Part shown: piece after piece, positions 61,929 through 64,000 of the stretch | How positions within the stretch are numbered: the stretch's first letter is position 1 | Layout of the letters: every line of letters starts with the position of its first letter | Assembly (NCBI GenBank): GCA_963780725.1 | Contig: CAWACV010000001.1 | Span: 2,632,346-2,696,345 of the forward strand | Reading direction: 5' to 3' | Length of the DNA: 64,000 nucleotides | Source: an uncultured Gammaproteobacteria bacterium | Lineage (GTDB): Bacteria > Pseudomonadota > Gammaproteobacteria > Chromatiales > Chromatiaceae | Translations under genes and position numbers: made by a program | The notes under the pieces: generated by a model | Told to the model about the DNA's origin: nothing | What the model saw: only the letters and a program-made list of their open reading frames with translations | Databases searched by the model: none

Positions 61929-62444
61929 TTAGCCGAATCGTTTGGCCAGCTTCGGATAGAGGCGATCAAGGTCCTCCTCGCTCCACGCTTCGCCTGAGGG
62001 GCCGTCGGTTTGGCCCTGCCGCTGTTGGACCGGATAGGCCGTGTAGTCCTGCCCGGTCTTGCGGCACCAGGCATCGATGGCCACTGACTGCCAGCCTTCG
62101 ACCTGGCAGCCGAGGTCTTCGTCGCTCTCCCCGATGAGCGAGGCAAGCCCGTCCGGATCCGCGACCGCGGCCGAGAAGACTCTTTCGCCGCGGGAGATGA
62201 GCCAGCCCCGAAAATAATCGAAGCCATCGTCGGAGCATCCGCCGCCAATCACATAAGCAGCCCCCCAGAGGGGCCAGGTATATGACGCATCGAAGTACGC
62301 GTAGAAGATCTCGTGGAGCTGCATAATCTCGGCTGGAGTCAGCTCGTCGAGCAAGGTCCCCAGCTCCTCGACTTGTCGCTCGGGGTCGCCGTCGGACGCG
62401 CGCCGAGATCTGTCTACGAGATTCCAGAAGGCAGAAGTGTCCAT
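61929..62444 (-). CDS. DUF4240 domain protein
   Basis: FWNLVD, LWGAAYVIGGGCSDDGFDYFRGWLISRG and YPKL. Confidence 0.85.
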   Translation of the reverse strand: MDTSAFWNLVDRSRRASDGDPERQVEELGTLLDELTPAEIMQLHEIFYAYFDASYTWPLWGAAYVIGGGCSDDGFDYFRGWLISRGERVFSAAVADPDGLASLIGESDEDLGCQVEGWQSVAIDAWCRKTGQDYTAYPVQQRQGQTDGPSGEAWSEEDLDRLYPKLAKRFG

Positions 62445-62707
62445 ATCGCAACCTTTTAGTGTGCGGAGTTGTGTGGTGCGCTTGACCGGCGGCCCAGGGC
62501 CGGCGGCTCGATTCTAACTCTCGCCTTCCGCTCCCCCCAGTTTCTTGCTCATGCCGGGGCACAAGGACGCGAGGAAACACAACAGGAAACATGCACCGTC
62601 GATGCGACATGTCAGGCGCCCGGACCAATGTCGCTTGGTCGCTGCCCGATAACGATGCGGCGGGATATGCAGAAGTCTGCGCTAATATTTGAATCGGGAG
62701 ACCCTTT

Positions 62708-63361
62708 ATGAGCAACCGGCTTTGGAGAGAGAAATGGGAGCGCAACGACATTGCCTTCCATCAAGACATGGTCAACCCCCTGCTCCAGAGGTTCTTGTCC
62801 AGGCTCACGCTTTTGGCCGGCGACCGCATTGTCGTGCCTTTATGCGGCAAGAGTCTGGATATGGACTGGATCGCCCGGATGGGCTTTCGAGTCATTGGGA
62901 TCGAGCTTAGCGACATAGCGATTCAAGCCTATTTCGATGCGCTCCGCGTTGTACCAAGCCACCAACGGCAAGGACGATTCGTGCGTTGGTGGCATGAGGA
63001 CGCCGAGATCTGGTGCGGGGATATCTTCGATCTAACGACAGACGATCTCGGCAAGGTCAAAGCGCTCTACGACTGCGCGGCACTGACGGCATTGCCTGCT
63101 GGTGTCCGCGAGCGCTATATCGGGCATTTCTCGGAGACGCTGCCGCAAGAGACCGAGATCCTGCTGATCACCACCGAGACACCGGATGAGCGGCGCTTCA
63201 ACTCGGTGTTAACCATCGACAGTGAAATAAAAGCGCTTTATGGTGCGCGCTACCGGATAAATTTATTGCATGGACAGAACAGCATCAAGAGAGACCCAGA
63301 GAATCCGGGCGAGCCCGAGATGCCAATGGAGGAAAAAGTTTACCTAATGACGAGGCATTAG
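62708..63361 (+). CDS. tpm: Thiopurine S-methyltransferase
   Basis: W..KW...DIAFHQ, VPLCGKSLDM, GDIF and YDCAALTALP. Confidence 0.88.
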   Translation: MSNRLWREKWERNDIAFHQDMVNPLLQRFLSRLTLLAGDRIVVPLCGKSLDMDWIARMGFRVIGIELSDIAIQAYFDALRVVPSHQRQGRFVRWWHEDAEIWCGDIFDLTTDDLGKVKALYDCAALTALPAGVRERYIGHFSETLPQETEILLITTETPDERRFNSVLTIDSEIKALYGARYRINLLHGQNSIKRDPENPGEPEMPMEEKVYLMTRH

Positions 63362-64000
63362 GGAAACGCTGATTAAATCGGGTATTCCGCCGCGACGCAT
63401 CCGAAGCGCGCGATTTTTTAGCGAAGCCGAAACGTTAAGCGGTTTTTCGTGCGAATGTCCCTCTTAGCCGGTGGCGGTTGCCCTATTAGCCGTTTCTCTT
63501 CGAGCTCCGAGCGCACCTTGGGCGCATCAAGCCAGCAGCACGCGCTTAGCGCGCACCAGATTGGCCAAGGCGAACAGGGTATGCAGTTGGGCGAGATTCT
63601 TCGCCAATCCTTTGTAACGGACCTTGCGATAGCCGAACAGGTTCTTGAGCGTGTGGAACGGGTGCTCGACGCGCGCACGCACGTGCGCCTTGAGCCGCTC
63701 GATGCGTGCGGTCAGCTCTTTCAGGGGACCCTCGGCCATGGCCTTGAGCTTGCCGCGCTTCATGGCGATATGCCATTTGACCCGCCGCTCCTTGAGATCC
63801 TCGCGCTTCTCGGCTCCGGTGTAGCCGGCATCGGCGAAGACGACCGTTTCCTCCCCATGCAGCAGTTCCCCAACCTGGGCGATATCGGCCACGTTGGCCG
63901 CGGTCCCCGTCACGGTATGCACAAATCCCGAGTCGGCATCCGCGCCGATATGCGCCTTCATCCCGAAGTACCATTGGTTGCCCTTGCGGGTCTGGTGCAT
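63362..64000 (-). mobile_element. IS5-family insertion sequence, downstream end only (truncated by the window)
   Basis: Terminus GGAAACGCTGATTAA immediately follows a TTAG target at 63358-63361. Confidence 0.8.
63527..64000 (-). CDS. IS5-family transposase, C-terminal part
   Basis: KGNQWYFGMKAHIG, ADAGY and RARVEHPF...FGYRKVRYKGL. Confidence 0.93.
   Translation of the reverse strand: MHQTRKGNQWYFGMKAHIGADADSGFVHTVTGTAANVADIAQVGELLHGEETVVFADAGYTGAEKREDLKERRVKWHIAMKRGKLKAMAEGPLKELTARIERLKAHVRARVEHPFHTLKNLFGYRKVRYKGLAKNLAQLHTLFALANLVRAKRVLLA

Overview
High-GC gammaproteobacterial chromosome window, most consistent with a purple sulfur bacterium (Chromatiaceae-like; inferred from a sulfur globule protein, nif Fe-S genes and gene order). 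Housekeeping blocks are glyA-nrdR-ribD-ribE, ubiG, degP plus a two-component system, iscA-nifU-nifS with nifZ, mepA/slt, tRNA-Leu(CAA) and gyrA-serC-serA-pheA-hisC-tyrA. The main point of interest is an ~18 kb accessory block (~13.4-31.3 kb) that reads as more A/T-rich than its flanks. It combines two N-acyl-amino-acid-synthase-like (exosortase-associated) acyltransferases, an in-frame but split ThiF + nitroreductase pair resembling the oxazolone synthetase OxzB, a PrsT TPR lipoprotein, a GT1 glycosyltransferase, a methyltransferase, a sigma-54-driven PEP-CTERM protein, a stand-alone E2-type acyltransferase domain lacking its catalytic His, a PAS-GGDEF-degenerate EAL protein, a cNMP-binding protein and a small Cys-rich protein. 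Inference: a lipo-amino-acid/oxazolone (glyco)lipid pathway linked to the PEP-CTERM surface/biofilm system. Also present are a complete IS4-family element with TSD, a partial IS5, a GTAG-type REP hairpin, heptamer tandem repeats (one inside the ubiG promoter), and single-base frameshifts in gyrA, pheA and tyrA that are probably sequencing errors. All assignments come from reading motifs by eye; no searches were run.
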